Notes under the pieces: generated by a model
Databases searched by the model: none
Told to the model about the DNA's origin: nothing
What the model saw: the letters and a program-made list of their open reading frames with translations, nothing else
Position numbers and translations under genes: made by a program
NCBI GenBank assembly: GCA_024137785.1
Contig: JAHRHZ010000066.1
Coordinates: 1,224,491-1,288,490, forward strand
Length of the DNA: 64,000 nt
Origin: Ginglymostoma cirratum
Taxonomy: Eukaryota
Direction of reading: 5' to 3'
Shown: positions 26,609 through 39,477 of the stretch, piece by piece
Layout of the letters: the number at the start of each line of letters is the position of its first letter
How positions within the stretch are numbered: the stretch's first letter is position 1

Positions 26609-28074
26609 TGACATTGAATCCTTCACCGTCTCAAGGAGATACACGTACAATAATCTGGACTGCGCACAGTTGTGTCAGTTACCCATTGCCCCAGGAACAG
26701 AGTCACAAAGTGGTGCAAGGCAGGATGGAGTGCTAGCATCCTGTTTCCAATGGCAATACATGTGGTAATTACACACAGTAGTGCCCCAGAGAGCAGCATG
26801 CAGGTGGTGTACAGAGCTCAGGGACAGAGTGGAGAGCTGGCACTGCACACCCCAGCAAAGAAAGCTGGTGTTCTGAGACCAAGGGTAGGGCAGAAAGATA
26901 TAATTAGAGAGAGAAAAAGAGACAGAGATCTGCAGTGGAAGGAGAGGTGGTGTACAGTTTTGAAACAGTGGCAGCAGCCTTGAAATCAGCCTTATAAAAA
27001 AGGTTGATTTGAAATTTCTAGCCATGTTGGCCTCCCTCCACTTGCTTACACATGGCCTTCAAGAGTATATTTTGCTTTTCTGTTCCCAAAATGGGTGCTC
27101 CAAGATGCTGATGTGGATACCCACCTGCCTCATGTAAATGGTCTGACCTTGAAAACTTGCAGCTCTACTACTAATGCGATGTGAGTCCTGCTGCATTGCA
27201 GTTGCAAAAGTAGAGCTAAATTACAGGTATTCAGGGCCCATATGTCTATTGTACCTTTACTGATAATTCAGGTCCCTTCACCTTGTCTGCATCTGTAACT
27301 CCTATTCAGCATCCTCAGATTGACTTTTGATTGCGTCAGCTGCAATCTTGGCAGTATTCTAAATCTTCAGATCTGTGCACAAAGCGTTATTGCTGAGATG
27401 TCAAGCATTCCGTCAATATTTAGTGCTCATGCCTGTTAATGTGGCATTGATCAACAATCCAGTTCTCAAAACAGAACCACTGCACCAAGAACGAGAGAGC
27501 TAACACAAGTGCCTGAGGCTAAAAAGGAAGACCCTGCACTCATTTTTTGCCCCACTTTGTATTTCCCTTGTAATAGCAGGTACAGTGGTCGATTTATCTG
27601 TGTTCTTTCCCAGTAATTAAACTTGGGCTATACATGATTGTGTTTTTTGTTGTGATTCTACAGTCCTACAGTCTTTAGGATTAAATGACATGAAGCAGTA
27701 CCCCCGAATCAAGCCTGACGTTACACCTGTCTGTGCCCAAACTGAAACTAAAACCATAGTTTACAGGAACCCCTCGGTGGTTCACAATAGTAACCGGTGA
27801 GGTGGGATGAATCATAAGCTGCACTTGAAATTCTGGCATCAACAGGAAAAGCCGCAATGACGGTTTGAATTTCTCAACATAATCTCTCCTGTAATGATTT
27901 CAGATGTCTTTATTCTCAGTTTCTGGAAATACATCCTTCAAAGCAATGTGGTGGACTCTGAACTGCCCTCTGGGATAGGCAACAAATATTGGCCTAGCCA
28001 GCGAAGCCATTATCCCGTGAATGAATTAATAAAAGAATGACTGGTATGTACCAGCTTGGACACTCTAGAAAGGT

Positions 28075-28127
28075 TCTCTCGCTCTCGCCCTCACTCCCTC
28101 ACTCTCTCTCTCACACACACACACACA
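28075..28127. repeat. Compound (CT)n(CA)n microsatellite
   Basis: ctctctctctcacacacacacacaca upstream of exon 2. Confidence 0.8.
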
Positions 28128-28372
28128 ATACCCTATTCGATAAGGGAACCTAGAATGACATAAATCCATCTCCCTTACACCATTGGTCTTAATCAGTTCC
28201 TTATGAAAAAACCCGGAAGAGTGGAGTTAAATAAAATGCTGTTAATGATTCAAGTGATATGTAAAATGGGGGTGTTCAGATCTTTAGGGTTTACTTGGAT
28301 GTCATCGCCCTGTTTAGTGGGTGAATTCCCAATCTGGACTATGTGTGACTATTAGTCTTTATTCTTTCACAG

Positions 28373-28450
28373 GCAAAGGACAGCGACGATGATGATGAAG
28401 TCAGCGTTAATGTGGACAGAGACCACTTCATGGATGAGTTCTTTGAACAG
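28373..28450 (+). CDS. STX1A: Syntaxin-1 coding exon 2 ([26 protein letters not shown])
   Basis: Acceptor tctttattctttcacAG, 78 nt in frame with exon 1, donor CAG|GTGAGA. The 26-aa length fits STX1A; the STX1B segment is one residue shorter. Contains the Ser14 acidic CK2-type site. Confidence 0.95.
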
Positions 28451-28699
28451 GTGAGACTACTACGAGTGGAGGCAGGAGGATAAACACATTGGAGTGGCAT
28501 AGTAACAGCAGGATTTAAGATGAGCTGTAGGTACATTCCAAACATCTATTGAGGTAACAATGGTACAGCAATATGGCCGTGGACTGTGAACCCAAAATGT
28601 TAAATGTCAGATCATTATCAGGAGCAGTAGAGTAGAGAAAAAATATATAGTTAACATCCAAAAAGAGTACCAGAACAAAGGATGTGATTACACATTGCA

Positions 28700-31600
28700 G
28701 GAGATCCTGCAGTGCTGTGCAACCTAGTAAGTGTCTATGACTCAAGGACCTTCAGCTCAGAGTCAGTGAGGTCGATAAGCTGCATGCACTACAATGCATG
28801 GCGCAAGGCAAAATTTACTTGGGTGCTTTATTCCAGAAGGCAACCACATTGTTTACTACAGGAGCTTCCAATTTGGTCAGTAGTTGGGGACAGGAGGACA
28901 TGACTGTGAGTAAGGGGCAGGTAAGGGGATTAAGAAGGTAGAGCAGCCTTTGCAGTAATCCAACAGATTTGAGTTGTTTGCAGCCTATGTGGACAAAAAT
29001 AGGTACTGAGGTGTGGATGAGCAAACTGACCATAGCATTTTAATAGAGGAAGTCACTCAAATGATGGGAATGGTTGATGTGGCTGCAGGATACCAGGATG
29101 ATCCAGGTCAAAAACATCTGCAGTAAATGTTTACAGCTTGAGCAGCTTTGGCTCAAATTTCATGAGCTGGATGCTGAACTACAGCCACTTTGACACATCA
29201 GGGAAGGGGAACGTGACCTGAATATTTTGTACCAGGAGGCAGTCACATCTGTTTGGATAGGGCCTTCTGAATTGGCCAGGTGGGATAGGAGGGTGTGAAT
29301 TTGTGTGGGGCTGTTAAGGAACCCAGAGGGCAAGAGTGTCAGTTTTTGAAATTGTCAAGAAGGTTTTGAGGTTCTTTGTACTTGTTTGGATGAGAGTAAG
29401 GCTGCGGGGTAGATGAGCTATCTGACCATGGCATTGCGGTACAGAAACTCATTCAAGTGAGGAGAGCCAAAAGGAATGTAGTGACAGTAGGGGGAAGTGT
29501 CACGAGGGGAATTGACACTATTCTGTGCAGCCAAGAATGCGAGTTCAGAAAGTCACGTTGACTACTTGGTGACAGGGTTCATGACATCTGCTCTGGACTG
29601 AACCTTGGATTCGATGGGAAAGATCCAGTTGTCATGGCCCATTATTGTTACTAGTGACATAGGCAGGACAAAGAAAGAGGTTTCGCTTAGACAGTACGAG
29701 GACTCGGGCCCCAAGATGAAGATCCGAACCTCAAGGCTAATCATCTATTAACTGACCCACATACAACTGGAAGAGGAAACATAAGATTAGTGAAATGAAT
29801 TTGTGGCATAAAGGCTGGTATGAGTGACATCAATTTAGGTTTATGGAGCACTGGCATCAGTACAGAAGAAATAGTCAGGAAACATACAATAGGACAGTCT
29901 GCACATGAACTGTGCTGGGACCGGTATTCTAGCAAATACTATAATTAGGGAAGTAGGAAGGGCTTTAAACTTAGCAATACTGCTGAGAGATGAAACTTGG
30001 GTAGACGTAGCAAATCAACAGGTAGAAATAGGTCAGGAGGGCAGGATAATAATACAGGAAGAGAAGGTAGGAGAAGAGCAGAAAGAGATAGTTTTATTTC
30101 CTCTAAGGATACACCAACAGTCAAGACTAGATGTTAACAAAGAAAACTCAAAGACAAAACTAAAAACTTTGTACTTAAATGTGGTTGGAAAAAAGTCACT
30201 AGTAGAGGTGGCCTCTAGGTGTGTGAACCGTAAACACAGTGTCACACAAAGTGTACAAAAGAGAATATTGTGTACTTTGACATAGGGATTGTTGTAGTCG
30301 TAGATGGTTTTAGGGTTAGGGTTAAAAAAGTAAGGATAAAAAGTGGGAAAAAAAAAATCAGTGGTGGAAATGATAGCCTGGATGTGAAGTTCATAGATTG
30401 CTTTATCAGAAGAGTATATTCTGGAATCAACCAGAGAGCAGGTTATTTGAGACATGGTATTTTGTAATGCGACAGAATTAATTAATGACCTCAGTGTGTG
30501 TGGACACTTAGGTAGCACTGGCCACAGTATGATTGAATTTTCCGTTCAGTTTGAAAGGTAAAAAAGTGGATTTAAGACTAGTATTTTAAACTTAAATAAG
30601 GGCAACTGTGTGGGCATGAAAACAGAGCTAGCTCAGGAAACTGGCACACTAGGCTCGGGGATAGATGAATCAAGAAGTGAGTAAAAGGAAGTTGTGAAAG
30701 GAGAACCATCTACAGTTAACAGAAGATCGTAAGGAAAGCACTCAACTTGAGGAAAAACATACAGTTACCTAAAAATGGATGGCATGTCAAATGATTGGAC
30801 AGAATATAAATAATGGCAAAGGATAACTAAATGGTTAATCAGAAGAAAGAAATTACAATGTGACAGGAAGCTATTTGGAAGATAAAAAATGGATAGCTTG
30901 AATTTTCACAGGTATTTTGAAAAGGAAAAGAGTAACTAAAGTAAGCATTGGTCCTTGAGAGAAAGAGTAAGAAAGGGATTTAATAGTAGATAGTAAAGAA
31001 TTGGCATTTGAAATGAATAAAGATTTTGCTGCTTTCTTCATTATTGAGGATACAAGAAACATTCTAGTAATTATTGTAAATTGAGAGGTGAAAGGGAAAA
31101 CTTGCTCAAATTACAATCAATAGGGAAGTGGTACTGAATAAATTGATGGAGCTGTGAACCGACAGGCCCCAGGCCCTGATGGATTTCATCCTAGTTGCTT
31201 AGAAGAAAGAACAAATAAAATTGTGGATGCGTTGGTGTTAACTTTTCAAAAAGTGCTAGATTTTATAAAAGTGCCGACAGAAGGAAAGTAGCAAACACAA
31301 GAAGGAAGGAAGGCAGAAAACAGGAAATGACAGGCTAGTTAGCTTGATGTCTGTTATGGGCAAGGTGGTGGAATTGATCATTATGGTGGTTACAGCCAGA
31401 CACTGAAAAACTTCAAGGTAATCCGGAAAAGTCAGCGCGGTTCTGTGAATATGAAGCCATGTTTAAACAAAGGAGCTCTTTAAGGAGTAAAATGCACAGT
31501 GGATAAAGGGAAGCCTGTTGACATACTGTACTTGAATTTACACAAGGAATTTGACAAGGTGCTGCGCAAAAAGTTATTGTGCAAAGTAGGTTCTCATGAT

Positions 31601-32945
31601 ATGGGATTAATGGTTTAGCATGGATAGAAGATTGACAGAAAACAAAGAGTATGCATTAATGTATCTTTTCTGATTGTCAGGATGTAATGAGTGGATTCCT
31701 ACAGGAATCTGTGCTCGGATCTCAGTTTTTGCGACTTATATGAATAACCTTGATGAGGAGAATGAAGGCACAGTAACTAAACTAGTGCGAGAATAATTAA
31801 GACATTATGTGAAGAGAACGTAAGGGAGATGCAGATGGATAAAGAGATGTTGAGAGAGTGGTTAAAAATCTTGCAGATCATGCAAGTTGAGAAAATGTGA
31901 AGTTGTTACTTTGGTAGAAAGAATGAAAAAGCAATATATTACTTAAACAGAGGAAGACTGTAGAATTCCAAGATGCAGAATGTTCTAGTGCGTGAATTTC
32001 AAAAAGTTAGTATGCTGATACTGCAAGTAATTAGAAGGCCTAATGGCATTCTGTTCTTTATTATGCGTGAAACTAAACACAGAAGTAAGGATGTTATGCC
32101 TCAGCCATACAGGAGGCAATTCACTGGATTACCCTGAGTAAGCATGTTGTCCTCAGGGAGAGATTGGAAGGGCTGGGCTTCTTAGCACTAGAATTTAGAA
32201 GGGTGAGGGTCATTTGATTGAAGTGTCTAAGATGCTCAATTGTCTTGTCAAGAAGTTTGTGGAAAGGATGTTTTCTCTTGTAGGTGAGTTCAGAAGAAGG
32301 GGAAAAAAATTAAAAAAACTAGGGTCCACTTTTGTGGAAAAAGAATTTTTCCTCAGATGTTTCCAACTTTAGAACTCTCTGTCTCAGAAGACGATAGAAG
32401 TATAGTCACTGAGTATTTTTAAGGCATGGGGACATAGACTCTTGTTACACATGAAGAAGCACAGTGGCTCAGTGGTTAGCACTGTTGCCTCACAGCGCCA
32501 GGAACCTGGGTTCAATTCCAGCCTCAGGTAACGGTTTGTGTGGAGTTTGCACATTCTCTCCGTGTCTGTGCGGGTTTCCTCCGGGTGTTCCGGTTTCCCC
32601 TCACTGTCCAAAGATGTGCAGGTTAGGTGGATTGGAGATGCTAAATTGCCTGGGAATGTGTAGGTTAGGTTTATTAGCCATGTAGCCGTGGGAAATGCAG
32701 GGTTAAAGGGATTGGTTGGAGAGACTGGATGGGATGCTCTTGGAGAGGCGGTATGGATTTGTTGGGCCGAATGACCTGTTTCCACACTGTGGGAATTCTT
32801 TTCTATTTAAAAAAAAATTCAAAAGTTACCAGGAATAGATGAGAAAGTGGAATTCCTACCATGAACAGGTTAGCCATGATTTTATCTAATAGTGGAGCAA
32901 GCTCAAGGTACTGTTTGGCCGACTTCAGCTCTTGATTCCTACGTT
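28700..32945 (+). mobile_element. Near full-length decayed CR1 LINE (ORF1 zinc finger and SGNH esterase, ORF2 APE-RT, 3' UTR)
   Basis: ORF1 remnants (ICSKCLQLEQL ~29115; GKDPVVMAHIVTSDIGR ~29617), ORF2 start LKTLYLN ~30160, and RT motifs PGPDGFHP ~31168, RLVSLMSV ~31332, VDILYLN ~31517. Many stops and frameshifts; HE1 SINE inserted near the 3' end. Confidence 0.8.
32459..32808 (+). mobile_element. HE1-type tRNA-derived SINE
   Basis: A box TGGCTCAGTGG at 32465-32475, B box GGTTCAATTCC at 32509-32519, V-SINE body tgtggagtttgcacattctctccgtgtctg...ccaaagatgtgcaggttagg, and CR1-like tail gggccgaatgacctgtttccacactgt. Confidence 0.85.
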
Positions 32946-34276
32946 TGTACATTCAAGGAGTTTAAGAAGCTAGAAGTTAAATGACAGAACTGAACCTCAA
33001 AGATAATGACCTCTGAGCCACAAGCAAATTGGCATAGGGTAAGTAAGACTAGGGAGCTAAATTTATCACTCAAAGATTGGTGACAGAGAAATGGCTCACC
33101 ATTCCTGGCACTCCAGCACCATTCCTGGAAAATTTGAGAAATTTGTACAATTCAGTCTCTTCCTGAACCGTGCTGATGTCAGTGTTCTGGTGAGTCATAT
33201 AACCAGGCAGTAGTCAGGGCTTCAATCTAATATAGAAGGATGTGTGATCTAAGATGGAAAGATGTGATAAATTAAAGAGAGAAAACAAGACAATTGAGCC
33301 AGATAGCTATAAGGGAAATTATAATCAAAAGGTAGGAGGAAGGGACAGAGCATACAAACCTAGGAATGCAGCATTAAGGGTAGAGGTTGCAAAAATACTA
33401 AATCAACAGAAGTAGAGGTACCATATTTGAATGCACATAGCATTTGTAACAAAATAGATGAAGTGACGGCTAAAATAAAATTACATATGATAGACATGAC
33501 TGCAAGCTGACAAAGTCTAGGATCTGAATATTCAAGGATACAATGACATGGGAAGGATAGAAAGCTAGGAAAAACTGGATGGGTAGTTCTGTTAATTAAG
33601 ATTGAAAGTAGTACAATAGAGAATGATGACCTTGGTTCTAAAGATCAAAATGTACAATGAGATTGGATAAAGATAAGAGATAGTGAAGGTAGGAAGTCAC
33701 TTGTGTGAGTAGATTATAGCCCACCTAACAGTGACTAGATTGTATGGTGAGGTCTACAGGAAAATAAAACTAATTGGAGCATGTGAGTAACAGATGGCAA
33801 TAATCGTGGGTAATTTTGATCTATGGATGGATTGGACATATCAGAATTGCAAAAGTAGTCTGGAACAATTATTCATGAGAGTATTTTTAGGATTTAGTGC
33901 AACAATTCTTAGAGCAGCAAGTTCTAAAGCCAGTCGGACAGCAGCCTAATCTAGATCTGGTGATGTACAATGAAATAGGACTAACTAATTACCTCACAGT
34001 AAAGGCAGTGATCCTGACATCATTGAATCATACATTCAGTTTTGAGGCTGAGAAGACTGGGTCTAAGACTGGTGCTTTAAACTTTAAATAAGGAACGTGC
34101 GAGCGTATGAATACAGAGCTGGCGACAGCAAACTGCAAAATCAGGTAAAGAATAGGTCAGCAGAGATGTAGTGGCAGACATTTAAGGCATCAGTAAAGAA
34201 GTATTTCAGGGAAAAAGAGAGTCTGAAGGAAAAACAAACCATCTGTAGCTATCAAAGGAAGTTAGAAGATAAGATA

Positions 34277-34803
34277 GAGATAAAAGGTACTGCAGATGCT
34301 GGAGAATCCGAGATAACAAGGCGTGGGGCTGGATGAACACAGCAGGCCAAGCAGCANNNNNNNNNNNNNNNNNNNNNNNNNNNNNNNNNNNNNNNNNNNN
34401 NNNNNNNNNNNNNNNNNNNNNNNNNNNNNNNNNNNNNNNNNNNNNNNNNNNNNNNNNNNNNNNNNNNNNNNNNNNNNNNNNNNNNNNNNNNNNNNNNNNN
34501 NNNNNNNNNNNNNNNNNNNNNNNNNNNNNNNNNNNNNNNNNNNNNNNNNNNNNNNNNNNNNNNNNNNNNNNNNNNNNNNNNNNNNNNNNNNNNNNNNNNN
34601 NNNNNNNNNNNNNNNNNNNNNNNNNNNNNNNNNNNNNNNNNNNNNNNNNNNNNNNNNNNNNNNNNNNNNNNNNNNNNNNNNNNNNNNNNNNNNNNNNNNN
34701 NNNNNNNNNNNNNNNNNNNNNNNNNNNNNNNNNNNNNNNNNNNNNNNNNNNNNNNNTGCTGCTTGGCCTGCTGTGTTCATCCAGCCCCACGCCTTGTTAT
34801 CTC
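34277..34803. mobile_element. Penelope-derived family A inverted duplication spanning an assembly gap, 14-bp TSD
   Basis: 34310-34356 is the exact reverse complement of 34757-34803 (47 bp). TSD TAGAAGATAAGATA at 34263-34276 and 34804-34817. Inserted into the CR1 above. Confidence 0.8.
34357..34756. other. Assembly gap (400 N)
   Basis: Run of N. Confidence 1.
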
Positions 34804-37800
34804 TAGAAGATAAGATAACATGGAAAGAAAAAACATACAATTCCGTGAAAATTAGCAGCAGATCAGATAACTAGATTATGTATTTAAAAAAACTAAAAAA
34901 AGTAAAAGAATGAGAGGAAGCTGACAAAAAATATGAAATGCAGGTGGTAAGTGAATATTTAGAAATGGAAAATGTAAATAAAATTAGCTTTCATCCTCTA
35001 GAGGTTATGCCTGCAGAATTAACAATGGAAAATAAGGAAATGGCAGAGGAATTGAACAGTTATTTTGTTTCTGTGTTCTCTGTAGAGAATACAAATGACA
35101 TCTCTAAAATAACTGTGAACCAGGAGGGGAAGGAGAAGGAGGCTCTCAAAACAATTGTGCATTCACCAGGGGAAGGGTACTGTGGAAATTATTGAAACTC
35201 AAAGCTAACAATTCCTCAGGTTCCAATGGGAATCAGTCTCAGGTATTAGGAGAAGTGGCTGCTGAGATAGTCAATGCATTGGTTTTAATTTTCCAAATTT
35301 TCTTCATTCTAGAAAGGTTTCACCAGCTTAGAATATTGCAAATGTAATTCCATGCATTCGGGAATAAGGGAAAAGGAAGTAGAAAGGCCAGTTAGCTTAA
35401 CATCCGTCAAATTGAAATTGCTGAAATTTATTATTAAGGAGGTCATAGCTCACAGAATATCTCAGTGAGAACAGTTAAAGTCACAATAATTTTGTGAAAG
35501 GAAAGTCGTGTTTGACTAATTCAACAAATGAATTATTTGAGGAAGTAACAAGTAATGTGCATCAAGCGGAACATGTAGATATGCTGTACTTATGTTTTCC
35601 GCAGGCATTTGACAAGGTACCACATCAAAGTTAAGATAACAAAAGATAAGAACTCATTGGTATAGGAGCTAACATATCAGCATAGATGGAGAATTAGTTA
35701 GCTCAAAGGAGACTGAGAGTTGGCATAAATGGGTCATTTTCACTCAGCAGTCTACAACAAGTGGGGTGCCATAGGGCAATGCTGGAACTTCAGCTACGTT
35801 AAACCTATGCCACTGACTTGGATGGAAATACCCAGGCATGGGTGCTAAATTTGCTAGTTGATTGCACGTTGCTTATGTCCTGTTAAGGGCAATCAATTAA
35901 TTAAATAAGTGACAGATGGAGTAAACTTATTGACTCTGGAATGAAAAAATAAAAGCAACGTATTATTTAATTGGAGAGATATTGTAGCTGTCTGAGGCAC
36001 AGAGGAATCAAGATATCCTGGTAGGTGCATCACGAAAACATTAATATGCAGATACAGCAAATGATTAGGAAGGCAAATGGAATGTTGTCATTTGTTACAA
36101 GGAGAATGGAATATAAAGTTGTAATGTTTTCCTACATGTACAGTACATCACGAAGGCCACATTTAGAGTACTGTGTACTGTTTTGATTCTTTTTTTTTTA
36201 AGGAAAGGATATAATTGTATTGGATGTAGTTCAGAGAAGACTGATTCCTGAGAAAAGAGTGTTATCTCGAGGAAAAGGTGGGTAGGTTGGTCTTATGTCC
36301 ATTGGAGTTTAGAAGAATGAAAGGTTATCTTTTAGAAATGCAAGATCCTGACTAGACTTAAGATGGATGCTGAATGGCTGTTTCTCCTCATGAGAGAAAC
36401 TATAGCAGGGGGACACCGTTTTAACATAAGGGATCGTATATTTAAGACTGAGATGAGGATATTTTTTCTCTCCGTGGACAATGAGTCTGTGGAACTCTTC
36501 CCCACAGTGACTTAAAGGCAGGATTATTGAATGTTATTAAGGCAAAGATAGATTCTTGACTAACAAGGAAGTCAAAGGATATCATGGATTGGCTGGACAA
36601 GAATTGCACTCGCAATCAGATCATTAATGCTGTGAGTGATTAGCAGAGTTGGTTTGAGTTTTGATAGCCTACTCTTGCTTGCAATCTGTATGTTTGTACA
36701 TATGTTTATATGTTCATAGATATCATTGGATAAAATCTACCCTAAGAATACATCCTCTATAAACTTTCAGAGCTACTGGAACAAAAGATTGCAATGAGAT
36801 ATCAATATATCAAGCCAAAACTTTGATGGAATAACGTTTTTGTAACGTTACTCTGTTAATGGTCTGGAACTGCAGCATTTCTTCTTTGAGGGGGAGCTTG
36901 TTAAGTTTCAGATGCAAACACACAATTTAGGAGGTAGCCAGGTTCAAGAAGTACCTAGATAGACAATAAAACCATTGTTATTTACAGCACAGGAAGAGGT
37001 CCTTCTCAGTTTTAGGTCAGATCAATCAAAACCTGATCCTACTTTCCTGCTTTCTCTTCATCTATTCCTACTCTCCTGTTCACTCCCTATATCCTTTCAA
37101 ACAATTATCAAATTCCTGTTTCAATAAAGAAAAGTGACTTTGCTTTAACAATGTCTTATCGCCAAGGATTCCACAGTCCCAGTAGCTTCTTTGTCATAAT
37201 TATGTTTAGTTTCCCCAAGAGACTTGTATATCTGACAGGAATCCAAAAGTGCTGTGGGCAGGTGAAATTTAAAGGATGCAGATAAAAGTAACTGTCAGAA
37301 GGAGGCATCTTGTTTTTCTTGCCTGAGGAGATTTTCCCAATGGTAGCCTCAGAGAAAGCCGAGAAGGTGGAGAACTAAGAAAAGATGGGCAGAAATGTCA
37401 AAAAAGGAAATCAAAGGTACAAGCATCAGTCTGCAGGTAAATGATGAAACAGTCAGCACCCAACCAGCTCTTGCTGAATGTGGAGGTGTCAGTAATGCTG
37501 CGTGAAAAGGTTTACTGTGGCATTCACATCTCTTACTGGTAGCATTATGTCTGCTGGCCTAGCTTTCATTGGAAGATGACCCTTCATATGAACTATTTAC
37601 TTGCCAATGTGATGCTTGCCGCAGTCTGACCATGCTGAAGTGCCATTAATAACAGTCATGCACAGGGCACTTTTTGTGTCTGCCACTCTTTCACTGATCC
37701 TCGTAACATCTCAAGGACCGGAATTTCTGTTGTAATTAGGACACAAAATATCAACTGAAGTGTTGGAAGAGGATAATTAAGCAAATATGTGAAGAGAAAA

Positions 37801-38512
37801 TTAGTAAATTGTAAACGCCAACTTATTTATTCTGACCACTAAAAACAGATGCTGGTAGCTTATTCCTAGAAACCATTTTGTGGAATATACAACAGATCAT
37901 CGACCATAACCAGTCTACATCAGTTTGGGAAGCCCCCTGGAAATCGTTTGGAACCAAGATCATGTAAACTAGAACATCCCTGTCCTTAAATCAATATTTA
38001 AATGAATGCTGTTTACCTCTGTTGGTACCAGCATTTCTTGCTCATAGGAACTGAGCATAATGCGCAGTTCATGGACGTCTGATGTGGGATGGGATTCTAC
38101 ACAATTTTCTCATTGCATCAACTTGATTTACTCCAATTAATTTGGTGTACCTGATCAGGAAATGGAGCCTGGGGCAATTCTCTCTCTCTGATCTTCTGTC
38201 TTACTGCATTCAGAAAATGTTCTGCTCGGTCAGAGCTGATTTCAGATTGTATGCCTCTCTCGATTGAAGTGAGCTTCAAGGCAAGTCCATCTATAATTTA
38301 TATCCCAAGTAAAAATTTTCCTGTGCTTTCAGCAAGGTTGAAATGTTTCCTTTCTATTTTTATCTCTTTAACGAGGAGTTGTTAGTGTCCAAAAACCTAA
38401 TCAATACAGGTACCTGCTGACTGTTGAGGTCATAGAGTCATACAGCATGGAAACAGACCTTTTGGTCCAACCAGTCCATGCCGAGCATGTTCCCAAACTA
38501 AACCAGTCCCAC

Positions 38513-38746
38513 CTGAGATAACAAGGTGTAGAGCTGGATGAACACAGCAGGCCAAGCAGCATCAGGGGAGCAGGAAAGCTGGCGTTTCGGGTCTGGACCC
38601 CTTCTTCAGAAGGGTCTTCCTGAAGAAGGGTCCAGACCTGAAACGCCAGCTTTCCTGCTCCCCTGATGCTGCTTGGCCTGCTGTGTTCATCCAGCTCTAC
38701 ACCTTGTTATCTCAGATTCTCCAGCATCAGCAGTTCCTACCATCTC
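38513..38746. mobile_element. Penelope-derived family A near-perfect inverted duplication (~96-bp arms, 10-nt spacer)
   Basis: 38513-38609 versus 38620-38715 differ by about one substitution and one indel. Imperfect TSD agtccca(c/g)ctg. Inserted into a minus-strand CR1/HE1-type tail (38430-38800). Confidence 0.85.
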
Positions 38747-39477
38747 TAGTCCCAGCTGCCTGTGTTTGGCCAATATCCCTCCAAACCTTTCTTCTGATAC
38801 GTAATAAACATAAGAAATCTTCAAGTCTGCAACTCAGAAGCAGCTGTAAGATCCGCGCTATCTCCAATCCAAATACATGAAGATGTGACCATTTGTTTTT
38901 CAGACTTTTGCACAACTACTGATAGGAAAATAGCTCCTCTGTTTTTTCCTGCCCTCTGTAGCTCCTGAAAATGAGAACAAATATAGCATTTATTCCAGTG
39001 GCAATTATGACTAATTCCAACAAAACTGGCCCATTTGGCCTTATTTTGTGGCCGGTTTAATCTGTTGCTTAGTCACTGGCAAGACTCCATAAAGCATTTT
39101 TCATTGTCTTTATTATGTCCAATTCCAATCGCTATGATATCAGAATTGAATTTTGCCTAATCTGGTTGATTTGCTGATCAAAAATGCATGTATGTTTTGC
39201 TGAATCTGTTGTTAAAGCTTCACAGTGCTTCGAGTAATGGAAGAGTTGCAGCAAATCTGGGTTCCTGGATAGCAGTTGCTTGTTTTGGAGCCTCAGGCAA
39301 TGTACCACAGATCTTGCTAAATTTCATAGAAAGCTAGTGATTGTGATTATGGTAATTTTAATTTTTTTACTTGTTTGGAATAATTTGTATGTAATGTCTT
39401 GTGTTTTGATGTCACTTTGAAAAGGAAAAAAAAATCTTTTGCCAGATAGACTTATGTTATAACCAAGGGCCCATGGC

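Larger units (their letters stand above)
33200..36715 (+). mobile_element. Decayed CR1 LINE ORF2 (APE-RT) and 3' UTR
   Basis: YLNAHSI ~33424, MENKEMAEELNSYFVSVF (ORF 34938..35195), KGKSCLTN ~35497, AFDKVPH ~35605, and 3' UTR gcctactcttgct...tatgtt. Confidence 0.8.

Noticed and set aside
30309-30324. Interstitial telomere
   Set aside because: Only about two and a half TTAGGG units; too short to call.
32459-32525. tRNA gene candidate (A and B boxes)
   Set aside because: Continues into the HE1 SINE body and tail; it is a SINE head, as at 41232 and 55058.
34206-34874. Four long ORFs of 157-194 aa
   Set aside because: Artefacts of translating through 400 Ns.
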